Numbered from the stretch's first letter, positions 40,055 to 49,424 are shown. The stretch: 64,000 nucleotides of DNA from an uncultured virus (IMG/VR IMGVR_UViG_3300030104_004432) (IMGVR_UViG_3300030104_004432); one strand, 5' to 3'. A program made the numbers and translations. Notes: generated from the sequence alone by a model not told the origin.

Positions 40055-41191
40055 ATGTCCGTTGGTAGCAATTTAAACGAAATGGAAAACATCGAAGAGA
40101 ATGTGGTAACCAAAGGTGCTAAACCTGCGGAACCAATGCAGAAACTTACCACAGGTGGAACACCACCTACTTACGAAGATCTTGGTGGTCCTACTCCTGA
40201 AAACTATAAAGCTGATGATGATTCAGCTAAGTTAAAAACTCCTGGTGCATCTTTAAAGCAAGTAAAAGATATTGTTAATAAAGGTGCTAAACCTGCTGAA
40301 GGTATGAAGGAAGAAGAAGAGAAACCTGCAGATCAAGTTGTTTCAGAAGAAGAGACTACCGAAGAGGAAGTCGTTTCTGAAGAAGAAACTACAGAAACTA
40401 CTGAGACACAAGAAGTAGTTGCTGAAGAAGAGACAACTGAAGAGGAAGTCGTAGTCGAAGATAAGATTGACGTTGAGGAAGACCTCAATGCTCTTATTTC
40501 TGGTGAAGAACTTTCTGAAGCGTTTCAAGAAAAGGCAAGAACCATTTTTGAAGCTGCTATCAAAACAAAGATTTCAGAACTTAAGGAAGAACTCAAAGTT
40601 GAGTATGAGCAATCTCTAGTTGAAGAGGTTAACGTCATCAGAACAGAACTCACAGAGAGAACTGATTCTTACCTTGAGTACGTTGCCGATGAGTGGATTT
40701 CTGAAAATCAACTCGCAGTCGAGCATGGACTTAAGACTGAAATGACCGAATCATTCCTTGAAGGAATGAAGGGTCTTTTTGAAGATCATTATGTAACAAT
40801 CCCTGAAGAAAAATATGATGTGCTTAATAGCATGGTAGAAAAACTTGATGAGATGGAAGATAAACTCAACGAGCAAATTAATAAGAATGTTGCTCTTAAT
40901 AAGAGATTATCAGAATCTGCTGCAGATGTAATTCTAGCAGATGTATCTGAAGGTCTCGCAGTTTCGCAAAAGGATAAATTAAATTCGCTTGCTGAAAATG
41001 TTGAGTTTGATAGTGAAGACAAGTATCGTGAGAAGCTAGTGACATTAAGGGAATCTTATTTCCCAACTAATCCTGGCACTCCAAAAGACAAGCCTGAGAA
41101 TCTATCAGAAGGAACAGCATCTGTACCACAGAAGCAAGTATCTGGTTCGATGGAAGCATATATGCAATCTTTTGGCCGTATGTCTAAGTGA
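40055..41191 (+). CDS. g22: Prohead core scaffold gp22
   Basis: Glu-rich coiled coil; 'F.EKA.TIFEAA', 'DSYLEYV..EW..EN', 'ESF..G.K.LF..HY'. Confidence 0.93.
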   Translation: MSVGSNLNEMENIEENVVTKGAKPAEPMQKLTTGGTPPTYEDLGGPTPENYKADDDSAKLKTPGASLKQVKDIVNKGAKPAEGMKEEEEKPADQVVSEEETTEEEVVSEEETTETTETQEVVAEEETTEEEVVVEDKIDVEEDLNALISGEELSEAFQEKARTIFEAAIKTKISELKEELKVEYEQSLVEEVNVIRTELTERTDSYLEYVADEWISENQLAVEHGLKTEMTESFLEGMKGLFEDHYVTIPEEKYDVLNSMVEKLDEMEDKLNEQINKNVALNKRLSESAADVILADVSEGLAVSQKDKLNSLAENVEFDSEDKYREKLVTLRESYFPTNPGTPKDKPENLSEGTASVPQKQVSGSMEAYMQSFGRMSK

Positions 41192-41248
41192 TTTTAATAG
41201 AATAAAGTCAAACAAAAACTTTTTTAAATTTTAATAGGTAAAACTAAA

Positions 41249-42700
41249 ATGCAAGCCCCAATAAATAACGAGGTTTTGCAGGAAAAGTGGGCACCACTTC
41301 TCGACCATGATGGTGCAGAGAAGATTACAGACCCACATAAAAGAATGGTTACTGCCGTTCTCCTGGAAAATCAAGAAAACGCACTTAGAGAAGAGAGAGA
41401 ATTTCTTTCAGAAGCTGTTCCTGCAAACAACACAAATTCATCAACTACATCTGCTGGTTTCAGTAATGCTGCTGGTAACAGCCCAACTGCAGGTTTCGAC
41501 CCTGTTCTAATCTCATTGATTAGACGTTCAATGCCTAACTTGGTCGCATATGACCTTGCTGGTGTTCAACCAATGACTGGTCCTACTGGACTAATCTTCG
41601 CAATGCGTTCACGCTACGATTCACAGACTGGTACTGAAGCATTATTCGACGAAGCAGATACTGGATTCTCTGGTGTTAGTGCTAACAAAGCAACTACTGA
41701 CATTGGTTCAGGATATGTTTCAGGTTCTGACGGAGCATCTGTTGGTTTAGGTACTACATCACAAAATGGTGGTTCTGGTGCTCATCCAAGTGATCCAAAC
41801 CTACTTAACCCAAGTACTGCTACCAAGAATAAGGGTTATGCAGCTGGTCAAGGTATGGATACAGAGAAGGCTGAAGGTCTTGGATATGATTCAAATGCAC
41901 CAGCTTTCAACCAGATGGCATTCTCAATCGAGAAAGTCACTGTTACTGCTAAGTCACGTGCCCTCAAAGCTGAGTACAGTTTAGAACTAGCTCAAGACCT
42001 CAAAGCAATCCACGGATTGAATGCAGAAGCCGAGTTGGCAAACATTCTTTCTACTGAGATTCTTGCTGAGATCAACAGAGAAGTTATCAGAACAATCTAT
42101 AAGGTTGCTAAGCCTGGTGCTCAAGAAAACACTGCTGCTGGTGGTATTTTCGACTTAGATATCGACAGTAATGGTCGTTGGTCAGTTGAGAAGTTTAAGG
42201 GACTTATCTTCCAGATCGAAAGAGATGCTAACGCAATCGCACAGCAAACTCGTCGTGGAAAGGGTAATATGATCCTTTGCTCTGCTGATGTTGCTTCTGC
42301 ACTAACAATGGCAGGTGTCTTGGATTACACCCCTGCTCTTAATGCTAACCTACAGGTTGACGACACAGGTAATACATTTGCTGGTGTTCTACAAGGTAAG
42401 TATAGAGTATACATCGATCCTTATTCCTCAAACACACCAACATCTGATGGTACTCAGTACTATGTTGTTGGTTATAAGGGTTCATCTCCTTATGATGCAG
42501 GTCTGTTCTATTGCCCTTACGTTCCTCTACAGATGGTTCGTGCAGTGGGTGAGAATTCCTTCCAGCCAAAAATCGGATTTAAGACAAGATATGGTCTTGT
42601 TGCTAACCCATTTGCTGAAGGTACCACTGAAAGTCTTGGTAGACTTAAGATCAATACTAACCGTTACTACAGAAGAGTTACAGTTAAGAACCTCATGTAA
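41249..42700 (+). CDS. g23: Major capsid protein gp23
   Basis: 'GVQPMTGPTGLIFAMRSRY', 'KSRALKAEYSLELAQDLKAIHG', 'YCPYVPLQM', 'FQPKIGFKTRYG'. Confidence 0.98.
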   Translation: MQAPINNEVLQEKWAPLLDHDGAEKITDPHKRMVTAVLLENQENALREEREFLSEAVPANNTNSSTTSAGFSNAAGNSPTAGFDPVLISLIRRSMPNLVAYDLAGVQPMTGPTGLIFAMRSRYDSQTGTEALFDEADTGFSGVSANKATTDIGSGYVSGSDGASVGLGTTSQNGGSGAHPSDPNLLNPSTATKNKGYAAGQGMDTEKAEGLGYDSNAPAFNQMAFSIEKVTVTAKSRALKAEYSLELAQDLKAIHGLNAEAELANILSTEILAEINREVIRTIYKVAKPGAQENTAAGGIFDLDIDSNGRWSVEKFKGLIFQIERDANAIAQQTRRGKGNMILCSADVASALTMAGVLDYTPALNANLQVDDTGNTFAGVLQGKYRVYIDPYSSNTPTSDGTQYYVVGYKGSSPYDAGLFYCPYVPLQMVRAVGENSFQPKIGFKTRYGLVANPFAEGTTESLGRLKINTNRYYRRVTVKNLM

Positions 42701-42726
42701 AAAGAAAGGATATATTTCCTTTATTC

Positions 42727-42756
42727 AAAGACCTCCTTTACGGGGGTCTTTTTTTT
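42727..42756 (+). terminator. Rho-independent terminator after g23
   Basis: AAAGACCTCC-tttac-GGGGGTCTTT followed by a T run. Confidence 0.9.
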
Positions 42757-42791
42757 GTTTGTGACAAATTATTACAATTTGTACAGGCTAG

Positions 42792-42820
42792 TTGACAAGA
42801 ATAGAAATATCGTATATGAT
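42792..42820 (+). promoter_or_regulatory. Sigma70-type promoter
   Basis: TTGACA (42792-42797), 17-nt spacer, TATGAT (42815-42820). Confidence 0.75.
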
Positions 42821-42896
42821 TTGTTCATACAAAATTTGGTTTGTCCTCGTACAGATTATTTCAAGTATATCCACTTATTAAACGGAGAAAAAAACT

Positions 42897-44120
42897 ATGG
42901 CAAAAAAATTGCCTTTGGATAATGACATGTCTATTGATGATCTTGTCATTAATTGGGAAGATGATATCTATATGGATTTTCCTTTTCTTAAATTGAAAGA
43001 GAATGGATTAAGTATGGAACCATTTAGTGATTTAACAGTCATTCAAGATAATATGGTTAGAGGTTTAAGTGTTAATAATAAAACTCGTCATTATCTTGAT
43101 GGTTTAGAAAAAAGTAAATTAGAAGGATTGAGAGGATCTCTTCAATATGGTTGGGACAGAACATCTTGGCCTTTTCCTTTCATTTTTGTTAATGGAGAAA
43201 AACAAATTTTTGATAGACGACATACTTTTTATGTTCTTAAAGAGTTATCTAAACAATGTGGAAATATTTCTGTAGTACCAACTGCAGAATATGTGAGAGT
43301 AAAATCTGACCTGGGTGGGATTATTAACAGATTTTCTGATTCATCTATTCAAATGATGGCATCTATGTGGGGAAATGTTTATGGTCCTACTTCTGATGAT
43401 GCTAAAGATCATCAATTTGTTGGAGCTATTACTAAAATTTGTAGACAAGAGAAAGAGTTTTTAAATATTTCTAAAAAAACTTTTACAAGGGAAGTGATTG
43501 CAGAAATATTTAAGTATATGGGTGGAGAAGATCGTTATTCTAACCCGAAAAAAACAACTCATACCAAAATCGTAAATGCAGTTTTTAATAACATTAATTC
43601 ATCAGATTCTAACAGATCTGTTGCAATAGGTTGTATAAACAATAACATCGATGCTTTCGAGGCATTTATTAATGACAGTTCGAATGAATGGCTTGCAAAC
43701 AATAAGGAAAATGCACTATCCAATACAATCTATAGAAATTATGTAGTTAGTAGCAATACTTATCACATAACCGATGCTGTAAGAAGACTTATGAAGTCTT
43801 TATGTGCAGAAGAACAAAATAAAGATCCTAGAACAACAAAGGTTCTTCTTTATAATGAAAAAGAATCTAATCAATCTGGAAAGATTTATAAGTCTAGGGA
43901 CAACTTTGAGGATGCACTTGCTGAAATATATTATCCCATAAGAGATGCTGCTCTTCTTCCTATTAAGGAACACTTTGGAGAAGAATATTTCACGAAGATT
44001 CCTAAAAAATCTTTGAATGATTTTGATCTTGAAGTATATGCTATGCATCAAATAGATGGTGAAGAAGAACCAGTAAGACTTACATTTCCAGATGAAATCG
44101 TAAAGAAAAAGAAGGGTTAA
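42897..44120 (+). CDS. Hypothetical protein with a degenerate ParB/Srx-like N-terminal domain (407 aa)
   Basis: 'NMVRG...KLEGLRGSLQYGW....PFPFIFVNGEKQIFDRRHT...LKEL....VP' matches ParB-like spacing; GGAG RBS; own promoter and terminator. Confidence 0.6.
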   Translation: MAKKLPLDNDMSIDDLVINWEDDIYMDFPFLKLKENGLSMEPFSDLTVIQDNMVRGLSVNNKTRHYLDGLEKSKLEGLRGSLQYGWDRTSWPFPFIFVNGEKQIFDRRHTFYVLKELSKQCGNISVVPTAEYVRVKSDLGGIINRFSDSSIQMMASMWGNVYGPTSDDAKDHQFVGAITKICRQEKEFLNISKKTFTREVIAEIFKYMGGEDRYSNPKKTTHTKIVNAVFNNINSSDSNRSVAIGCINNNIDAFEAFINDSSNEWLANNKENALSNTIYRNYVVSSNTYHITDAVRRLMKSLCAEEQNKDPRTTKVLLYNEKESNQSGKIYKSRDNFEDALAEIYYPIRDAALLPIKEHFGEEYFTKIPKKSLNDFDLEVYAMHQIDGEEEPVRLTFPDEIVKKKKG

Positions 44121-44135
44121 CACCCTTCTTTTTTT
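44106..44135. terminator. Rho-independent terminator (possibly bidirectional)
   Basis: AAAAAGAAGGGT-taac-ACCCTTCTTTTT, with A and T runs on the two sides. Confidence 0.85.
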
Positions 44136-44137
44136 GT

Positions 44138-44144
44138 CTAAATA
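44138..44144 (+). promoter_or_regulatory. Late promoter variant CTAAATA
   Basis: Directly after the terminator, before the CTS-bearing gene and g3. Confidence 0.65.
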
Positions 44145-44166
44145 AGGTATAATACTGTATAGAGTA

Positions 44167-44397
44167 ATGAAATCTTTTAGGGAATTTTCTGAAGAATTAG
44201 AAAGTACTGAAACTGGACAACAATCTAGAGCAGAAATTGCTAGACAAAGATTTGCTGCCCAAAGAGATAAAGCTAGAGAAAAAAGAAAACTTCAAGTCGG
44301 TAAGATGACGAAGAAGTTTAGTAGTGGTGAAGGTCAATCAAACGTACAAAAAGCAAAATTCAATACCATGGATAAGAAAGAAAAGGAGGAGTCTTAA
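44167..44397 (+). CDS. Small protein with a T4-type capsid-targeting sequence
   Basis: N-terminus MKSFREFSEE; remainder largely basic. Confidence 0.7.
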   Translation: MKSFREFSEELESTETGQQSRAEIARQRFAAQRDKAREKRKLQVGKMTKKFSSGEGQSNVQKAKFNTMDKKEKEES

Positions 44398-44398
44398 T

Positions 44399-44623
44399 AT
44401 GCCATATCATATCAAAAAAACTAGTGTTTTAGGTTCTGCTGTACCTGCAGGTGGGGAAGAATATTATGCTGGTAATAATAGTTGGACAAACATTTATGAA
44501 GATAGAAAGGTCTATACAAATAAAGCAGATGCTGATGCTCAGAAAGCAACTACCGTAACTGGAAGCTTGGGTATTACATATCAACCTTCTTGGTGGAAAA
44601 ATAGTACTGTTGTTGAGGAATAA
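44399..44623 (+). CDS. Hypothetical protein (74 aa, MPYHIKK...)
   Basis: AGGAG upstream of ATG 44399; stop overlaps the g3 start. Confidence 0.7.
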   Translation: MPYHIKKTSVLGSAVPAGGEEYYAGNNSWTNIYEDRKVYTNKADADAQKATTVTGSLGITYQPSWWKNSTVVEE

Positions 44624-45171
44624 TGGCAAGAGCATTTGCAAATCAGATAGAAAATAGAAACTTTCTATCTCCAGTTGGTTTTAAATTTACTTTGGCAAAG
44701 GAACCTAAAGTAAGTTTCTTTTCTAATGCTGCTACAATTCCTGATATTACTTTAGGAACAGCAGTTCAACCAAGTTACCTAAAGGATATTGAAACTCCTG
44801 GTGACAAATTACAATATAGTGATTTTACACTTAGATTTTTAGTTGATGAGAGTCTTGAAAATTATATGAAGATTCATAATTGGGTAACTGGATTGGGATA
44901 TCCAGAAACAACAGAGCAGTATAAAAAAGCAACTACTGATGACGATGGATTAAGAGATCTTGATTATGTCTTTAGTGATGGTAGTTTACATATTTTAAAT
45001 AGTAATTTTAATACAACTGCTATTGTTAAATTTGCACAATTATTTCCAACAAACCTAACCTCTCTGGAATTTGAAGCAAGTGATACTGATATTAACTACT
45101 TTACAGCAGAGGTTACTTTCAAGTATACTGTGTATAATATAGTTGCATCTGACGGACGTACTCCTTTATGA
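44623..45171 (+). CDS. g3: Tail completion/tube terminator gp3
   Basis: 'NRNFLSPVGFKF', 'PGDKL.Y.DF.LRFLVDE.LENY..IHNW..GLG', 'FP..L..L.F'. Confidence 0.9.
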   Translation: MARAFANQIENRNFLSPVGFKFTLAKEPKVSFFSNAATIPDITLGTAVQPSYLKDIETPGDKLQYSDFTLRFLVDESLENYMKIHNWVTGLGYPETTEQYKKATTDDDGLRDLDYVFSDGSLHILNSNFNTTAIVKFAQLFPTNLTSLEFEASDTDINYFTAEVTFKYTVYNIVASDGRTPL

Positions 45172-45596
45172 ATCTTGATAAAATTCAGGAGATGTGGCAG
45201 AAAGATTCTGTCATTGACCCTGATAACCTACATGATGAATCACTAAAAATTCCTCAATTACATTCTAAGTATTATACTGTTTATAATACTGTTACTCTTT
45301 TGCGTGAGAAAGCAAGAACTTCTTATAGCAAAATAAAATTAGAACGATACAATTACTACACAGGAAAGGCAGAACCAGAGGTATATGCCGAAGACCCATT
45401 TCCGTATAAGGTTAGGGAAAAGGACGCAATACAGAGGCACCTGGAAGCAGATGAGAGGTTAACTAATATTGATCTTAAGATTAGATATTATGATTCTACT
45501 CTAAAATTCCTTGAGGAGATAATTAAAACTATATCAAATCGTACTTATCAAATAAAAAATGCTATTGAATGGCAGAAATTTCAATCTGGATTTTAG
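45168..45596 (+). CDS. uvsY: Recombination mediator UvsY
   Basis: 'W.KDS.ID...L..ESLKIP.LHSKY', 'R.YQIKNAIEW.KF'. Confidence 0.92.
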   Translation: MNLDKIQEMWQKDSVIDPDNLHDESLKIPQLHSKYYTVYNTVTLLREKARTSYSKIKLERYNYYTGKAEPEVYAEDPFPYKVREKDAIQRHLEADERLTNIDLKIRYYDSTLKFLEEIIKTISNRTYQIKNAIEWQKFQSGF

Positions 45597-45598
45597 TG

Positions 45599-45605
45599 AT
45601 AAATA
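45599..45605 (+). promoter_or_regulatory. Late promoter variant ATAAATA before uvsW
   Basis: Intergenic late-promoter core. Confidence 0.55.
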
Positions 45606-45626
45606 TTTACAAATGAACATTATGTT

Positions 45627-47093
45627 ATGTCACATTTGGTTATATCAAAGAAGAGTGAGGTATATCTTCATGTAGAAGCAGAGGTGCATGTTTATTATGA
45701 ACTAGCAGACCAGTTTACATTTGATGTACCTGGTGCAAGTTTTTCTCCTGCTTATAAAAAGAAATTTTGGGATGGTAAAATAAGATTATTTAATATCAAG
45801 AATAGTCAAATATATGTTGGACTTTTAGATAGAATAATTCAGTTTTGTAAAGACCACGGATATACTTACGAATTTAAAGACAATAAGTATTATGGTACTC
45901 CCTTTGAGGTAAATGAAGGGATATCAAAGGAAGGTGTAAAGGATTATATGACTGCTATTTCACGGTACGCTCCCAGAGAGTACCAGATAGATGGAGTATA
46001 CGACGCTCTAAGGCATAATAGAAAGCTGTTGATATCCCCAACTGCATCAGGAAAGTCTCTGATGATATATTCGATTGTGAGATATTTTGTTGAGAACAAG
46101 AAAAATACTCTGATAGTCGTTCCGACGACTTCCCTTGTAGAGCAAATGTATAAAGACTTTGCAGATTATGGATGGGATGTTGGTTCATTTTGCCACAAAA
46201 TATACGCAGGTAAAGAAAGAGAGACGGACTCTCAAGTCATTATTACTACTTGGCAATCAATCTACAAACTCCCCAGAAAGTATTTTGAGAGATTCTCTGT
46301 TGTGGTTGGGGATGAGGCTCACCAGTTTAAGTCAAAATCACTTATATCTATAATGACTAAACTTGCCGATGCTAAGTATCGTTACGGATTCACAGGAACT
46401 CTTGATGGAACGCAGACACATAAATGGGTTCTTGAGGGATTGTTTGGACCTTCCTATAAAATCATTAAAACTGATGAGTTAATGAAGAAAGGGCATTTGG
46501 CTAAACTAGATATCAATGTGCTTCTATTGAAACACCCACCGAATAAATTTGAGAACTTTGAAGAAGAAGTTCAATACATTATAGGTCATGATCGTAGAAA
46601 TAACTTTATTAAAAATCTTGCTTTAGATTTAAAAGGTAATACATTAATACTATTTGCTAGAGTAGAGAAGCATGGAGAACCTCTTTACGAATTAATAAAT
46701 AATAATAACACTATTGAGAATAGAAATGTCTTTTTTATTCATGGTGGAGTGGATACCGAAGACAGAGAGAAGGTTCGAGAAATCACTGAGCAAGAGAATA
46801 ATGCTATTATCGTTGCCTCGTACGGAACCTTTTCTACCGGGATTAATATCAAAAATCTACACAATGTAATTTTTGCTTCTCCATCAAAGTCAAGAATAAG
46901 AAATTTACAATCAATCGGGAGGATTCTTAGAAAAGGTAATCAAAAAACTAGAGCAACTTTATATGATATTGCTGATGATATCAGTTATAAATCTAGAAAA
47001 AATTATACTTTAAATCACTTAATTGAAAGAATCAAAATTTATAATGAAGAAAATTTTGATTACGATATAGTCAACATACCACTTAAAAAATGA
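45627..47093 (+). CDS. uvsW: RNA-DNA/DNA helicase UvsW
   Basis: 'WDGKIRLF', 'SPTASGKS', 'GDEAH', 'GFTGT', 'QSIGR.LR'. Confidence 0.96.
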   Translation: MSHLVISKKSEVYLHVEAEVHVYYELADQFTFDVPGASFSPAYKKKFWDGKIRLFNIKNSQIYVGLLDRIIQFCKDHGYTYEFKDNKYYGTPFEVNEGISKEGVKDYMTAISRYAPREYQIDGVYDALRHNRKLLISPTASGKSLMIYSIVRYFVENKKNTLIVVPTTSLVEQMYKDFADYGWDVGSFCHKIYAGKERETDSQVIITTWQSIYKLPRKYFERFSVVVGDEAHQFKSKSLISIMTKLADAKYRYGFTGTLDGTQTHKWVLEGLFGPSYKIIKTDELMKKGHLAKLDINVLLLKHPPNKFENFEEEVQYIIGHDRRNNFIKNLALDLKGNTLILFARVEKHGEPLYELINNNNTIENRNVFFIHGGVDTEDREKVREITEQENNAIIVASYGTFSTGINIKNLHNVIFASPSKSRIRNLQSIGRILRKGNQKTRATLYDIADDISYKSRKNYTLNHLIERIKIYNEENFDYDIVNIPLKK

Positions 47094-47503
47094 TGGGAGA
47101 AGAATTTCACGCAATAATAAAATTAGTATCAGGAGAAGAAGTTTTTGCTCTCGTATCTGTAGATGATGAAGAGTCAGAAAATCCTATATTAATACTACAA
47201 AATCCACTCACTATAAAGTATGTTAATACTCCTAATGGTGGATTGATTAAAGTTAAATCCTGGATCGAATTAATTGAAGAAGACTTTTTTATGATAAGAT
47301 TGGATAAAGTTATAACAATGTCGGAAACAAAAGAACAAAGATTAATTGATATATACAATCATTTTATTAATGATGATGCTCAAGAGGCTTACCATCCTGA
47401 TGGTTCAGTAAGACCTGATTCTAAAATGGGTTATGTTACTTCAGTAAAAGATGCTCGTAAGACCTTAGAGGTACTATTTAATCTTAAAAATAAAGAAAGC
47501 TAA
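47090..47503 (+). CDS. Conserved hypothetical protein (Sm-like fold)
   Basis: 'IKLVSGEEVFA', 'L.NP' and 'W' pattern; usual position between uvsW and g55. Confidence 0.7.
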   Translation: MMGEEFHAIIKLVSGEEVFALVSVDDEESENPILILQNPLTIKYVNTPNGGLIKVKSWIELIEEDFFMIRLDKVITMSETKEQRLIDIYNHFINDDAQEAYHPDGSVRPDSKMGYVTSVKDARKTLEVLFNLKNKES

Positions 47504-47529
47504 TTATCCCTTCAACCCTCACAAAGGTT

Positions 47530-47558
47530 ATTCTACTGATATTTGGGTGACTTGTCAA
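47530..47558 (-). promoter_or_regulatory. Antisense sigma70-type promoter
   Basis: Minus strand: TTGACA (47558-47553), 17-nt spacer, TAGAAT (47535-47530). Confidence 0.65.
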
Positions 47559-47579
47559 GCCCTGAAAATATGTTATAAT
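47552..47579 (+). promoter_or_regulatory. Sigma70-type promoter for g55
   Basis: TTGTCA, 16-nt spacer, TATAAT with extended -10 TG. Confidence 0.7.
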
Positions 47580-47610
47580 ACTTATAACTTTAAGACGGAA
47601 AACCAATGTC

Positions 47611-48135
47611 ATGCCAAAAAAGAAATCTGAACATTATGTGAATAACAAAGAGTTGCTGGAAGCAATGATTGTTTATAGAGGAAAAGTTGCCATAGCAAGA
47701 GAGAAGTTTATCAAGAAGTATCCTGATAAAGAACCACCAAAGTCTGGACCATGGGAAGGTAAACCACCCATTCCAAACTATCTTGGTTCTTGTTTTCTAA
47801 AGATTGCAACACACTTATCATACAAACCAAACTTTGTTAACTACATGTTCAGGGAGGACATGATATCAGATGGAATCGAAAATTGCGTTCAATATATACA
47901 TAATTTTGATCCTGAGAAATCCCGTAATCCTTTTGCATACTTTACGCAGGTTATACATTATGCGTTTCTCAGACGTATTCAAAAAGAAAAAAAGCAGTTA
48001 GATATTAAAACAAAGATTATTGAAAGAACTGGATTTGACGAAGTTATGATGGTTGATGACAATTCACTATCAGGAGATAGTTCTGAGTATAATACAATTA
48101 AGGATAATATTCAATACCGCAATAATAATAGATGA
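47611..48135 (+). CDS. g55: Late-transcription sigma factor gp55
   Basis: 'HYVNNKE.L', 'KIA.HLSYKPNFVNY..REDMISDGIENC.QY..NFDPEKS.NPFAYFTQ....AFLRRI.KEK'. Confidence 0.96.
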   Translation: MPKKKSEHYVNNKELLEAMIVYRGKVAIAREKFIKKYPDKEPPKSGPWEGKPPIPNYLGSCFLKIATHLSYKPNFVNYMFREDMISDGIENCVQYIHNFDPEKSRNPFAYFTQVIHYAFLRRIQKEKKQLDIKTKIIERTGFDEVMMVDDNSLSGDSSEYNTIKDNIQYRNNNR

Positions 48136-49166
48136 GATTAGCTATTATTACCGATACCCATTATGGTGCCAGGAAGGGTTCTAAGCATCTTCATGATTAC
48201 TTTGAGATGTTTTATCGTGATGTCTTTTTTCCGTCTTTAGAAGAGCATCAGATAGACACTATAATCCATATGGGTGATATATTTGATAGTCGTAAAGCAA
48301 TAGATCTTCAAAGTCTTGAGTGGTCGAAGAGAGTAGTATTTGAACCTCTTAAAAAATATAAAGTTCATGCTCTTATCGGAAATCATGATTGTTATTATAA
48401 GAATACCAATAATGTCAATTCTCCAGAACTTTTATTAAAAGATTATGAAAACATTAAGACGTACTCAAAAGCAACAGAGATTTCTTTAGATAAATTAAAG
48501 ATTCTTCTTTTACCTTGGATTAATTCTGAGAATTATGAAGAGACTGAGAAATTAATTAAAAAGACTAAGGCAAAGGTTGCCATGGGGCATCTTGAAGTAA
48601 ATGGATTCAAGGCTACTCGTGGGCATTTGATGGAAAGTGGAATGGATGTAAAGACTTTCAATAAATTTGAGAAAGTTTATTCTGGACATTTTCATACCAG
48701 GTCTGATGATGGTCAGATTTATTATTTGGGCAATCCATATGAGATGTTCTGGAATGATGTAAATGATCCAAGAGGATTTCATATCTTTGATACAGAGACC
48801 CTGATTCACACTCCAATTAACAATCCTTATAAATTATTTTATAACATATATTATGAAGATACTAATCATAAGTTGTTTAATGCTACTCAATATGAAAATA
48901 AGATTGTAAAGGTAATTGTTCGTAAAAAGACTGATCAGAATATGTTTGATACATTTCTTGATAAACTCTATTCAGTTGGTGTACAAGATTTAAAGATAAT
49001 TGAGAATTTTGATATTCAGGAGAGTGAAGATTTTGATATAGATGAAGATGAAAATACATTATCAATATTGAATCGATATATTGATGAATCTGAGTTTGAA
49101 TTTGATAAACATATCATTAAAGGTATTTTTCAGGATCTTTATAGGCAAGCTTGCGAGGTAGAATAA
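48132..49166 (+). CDS. g47: Recombination endonuclease subunit gp47 (SbcD/Mre11-like)
   Basis: Phosphoesterase motifs 'TDTHYG', 'GDIFD', 'GNHD', 'GHL', 'SGHFH'. Confidence 0.95.
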   Translation: MRLAIITDTHYGARKGSKHLHDYFEMFYRDVFFPSLEEHQIDTIIHMGDIFDSRKAIDLQSLEWSKRVVFEPLKKYKVHALIGNHDCYYKNTNNVNSPELLLKDYENIKTYSKATEISLDKLKILLLPWINSENYEETEKLIKKTKAKVAMGHLEVNGFKATRGHLMESGMDVKTFNKFEKVYSGHFHTRSDDGQIYYLGNPYEMFWNDVNDPRGFHIFDTETLIHTPINNPYKLFYNIYYEDTNHKLFNATQYENKIVKVIVRKKTDQNMFDTFLDKLYSVGVQDLKIIENFDIQESEDFDIDEDENTLSILNRYIDESEFEFDKHIIKGIFQDLYRQACEVE

Positions 49167-49424
49167 ATGTATCTTCTTACTCTTAAAGATAGTAAAGGTG
49201 AGGGTGCTTATGCTGTTGATGACAGGTATGGTAATCAAGTCTTATTTTTATTTGAAAAGGAAGATGATGCTGAAAGATATGCTATGATGTTAGAGGATCA
49301 AGAAGATAGAGAAATGGATGTTATTGAGGTTGATGATGAACTTGCAATAAAAACATGCAAACAACATAATTACAAATATGCTGTAATTACCCCTGATGAT
49401 ATTATGATTCCCCCTAAAAGATGA
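49167..49424 (+). CDS. Conserved hypothetical protein (85 aa)
   Basis: 'LFE.EDDA.RYA..L', 'IT..D..IPP'; between g47 and g46. Confidence 0.75.
   Translation: MYLLTLKDSKGEGAYAVDDRYGNQVLFLFEKEDDAERYAMMLEDQEDREMDVIEVDDELAIKTCKQHNYKYAVITPDDIMIPPKR

Noticed and set aside
40110..40460. Repeats in g22 (KGAKPAE twice; VVxEEETTEEE units) as a mobile or CRISPR-like array
   Set aside because: In-frame low-complexity protein repeats typical of acidic scaffold proteins; no spacer structure
42759..42777. NtcA or CRP site (TGTGA...TTACA) upstream of the ParB-like cassette
   Set aside because: Spacing is one base too long for both GTA-N8-TAC and TGTGA-N6-TCACA; only the inverted repeat is reported
47690..47765. 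Pro/Lys-rich loop in gp55 (KKYPDKEPPKSGPWEG) as a novel domain
   Set aside because: Short insertion in what appears to be a variable region; too little evidence for a function
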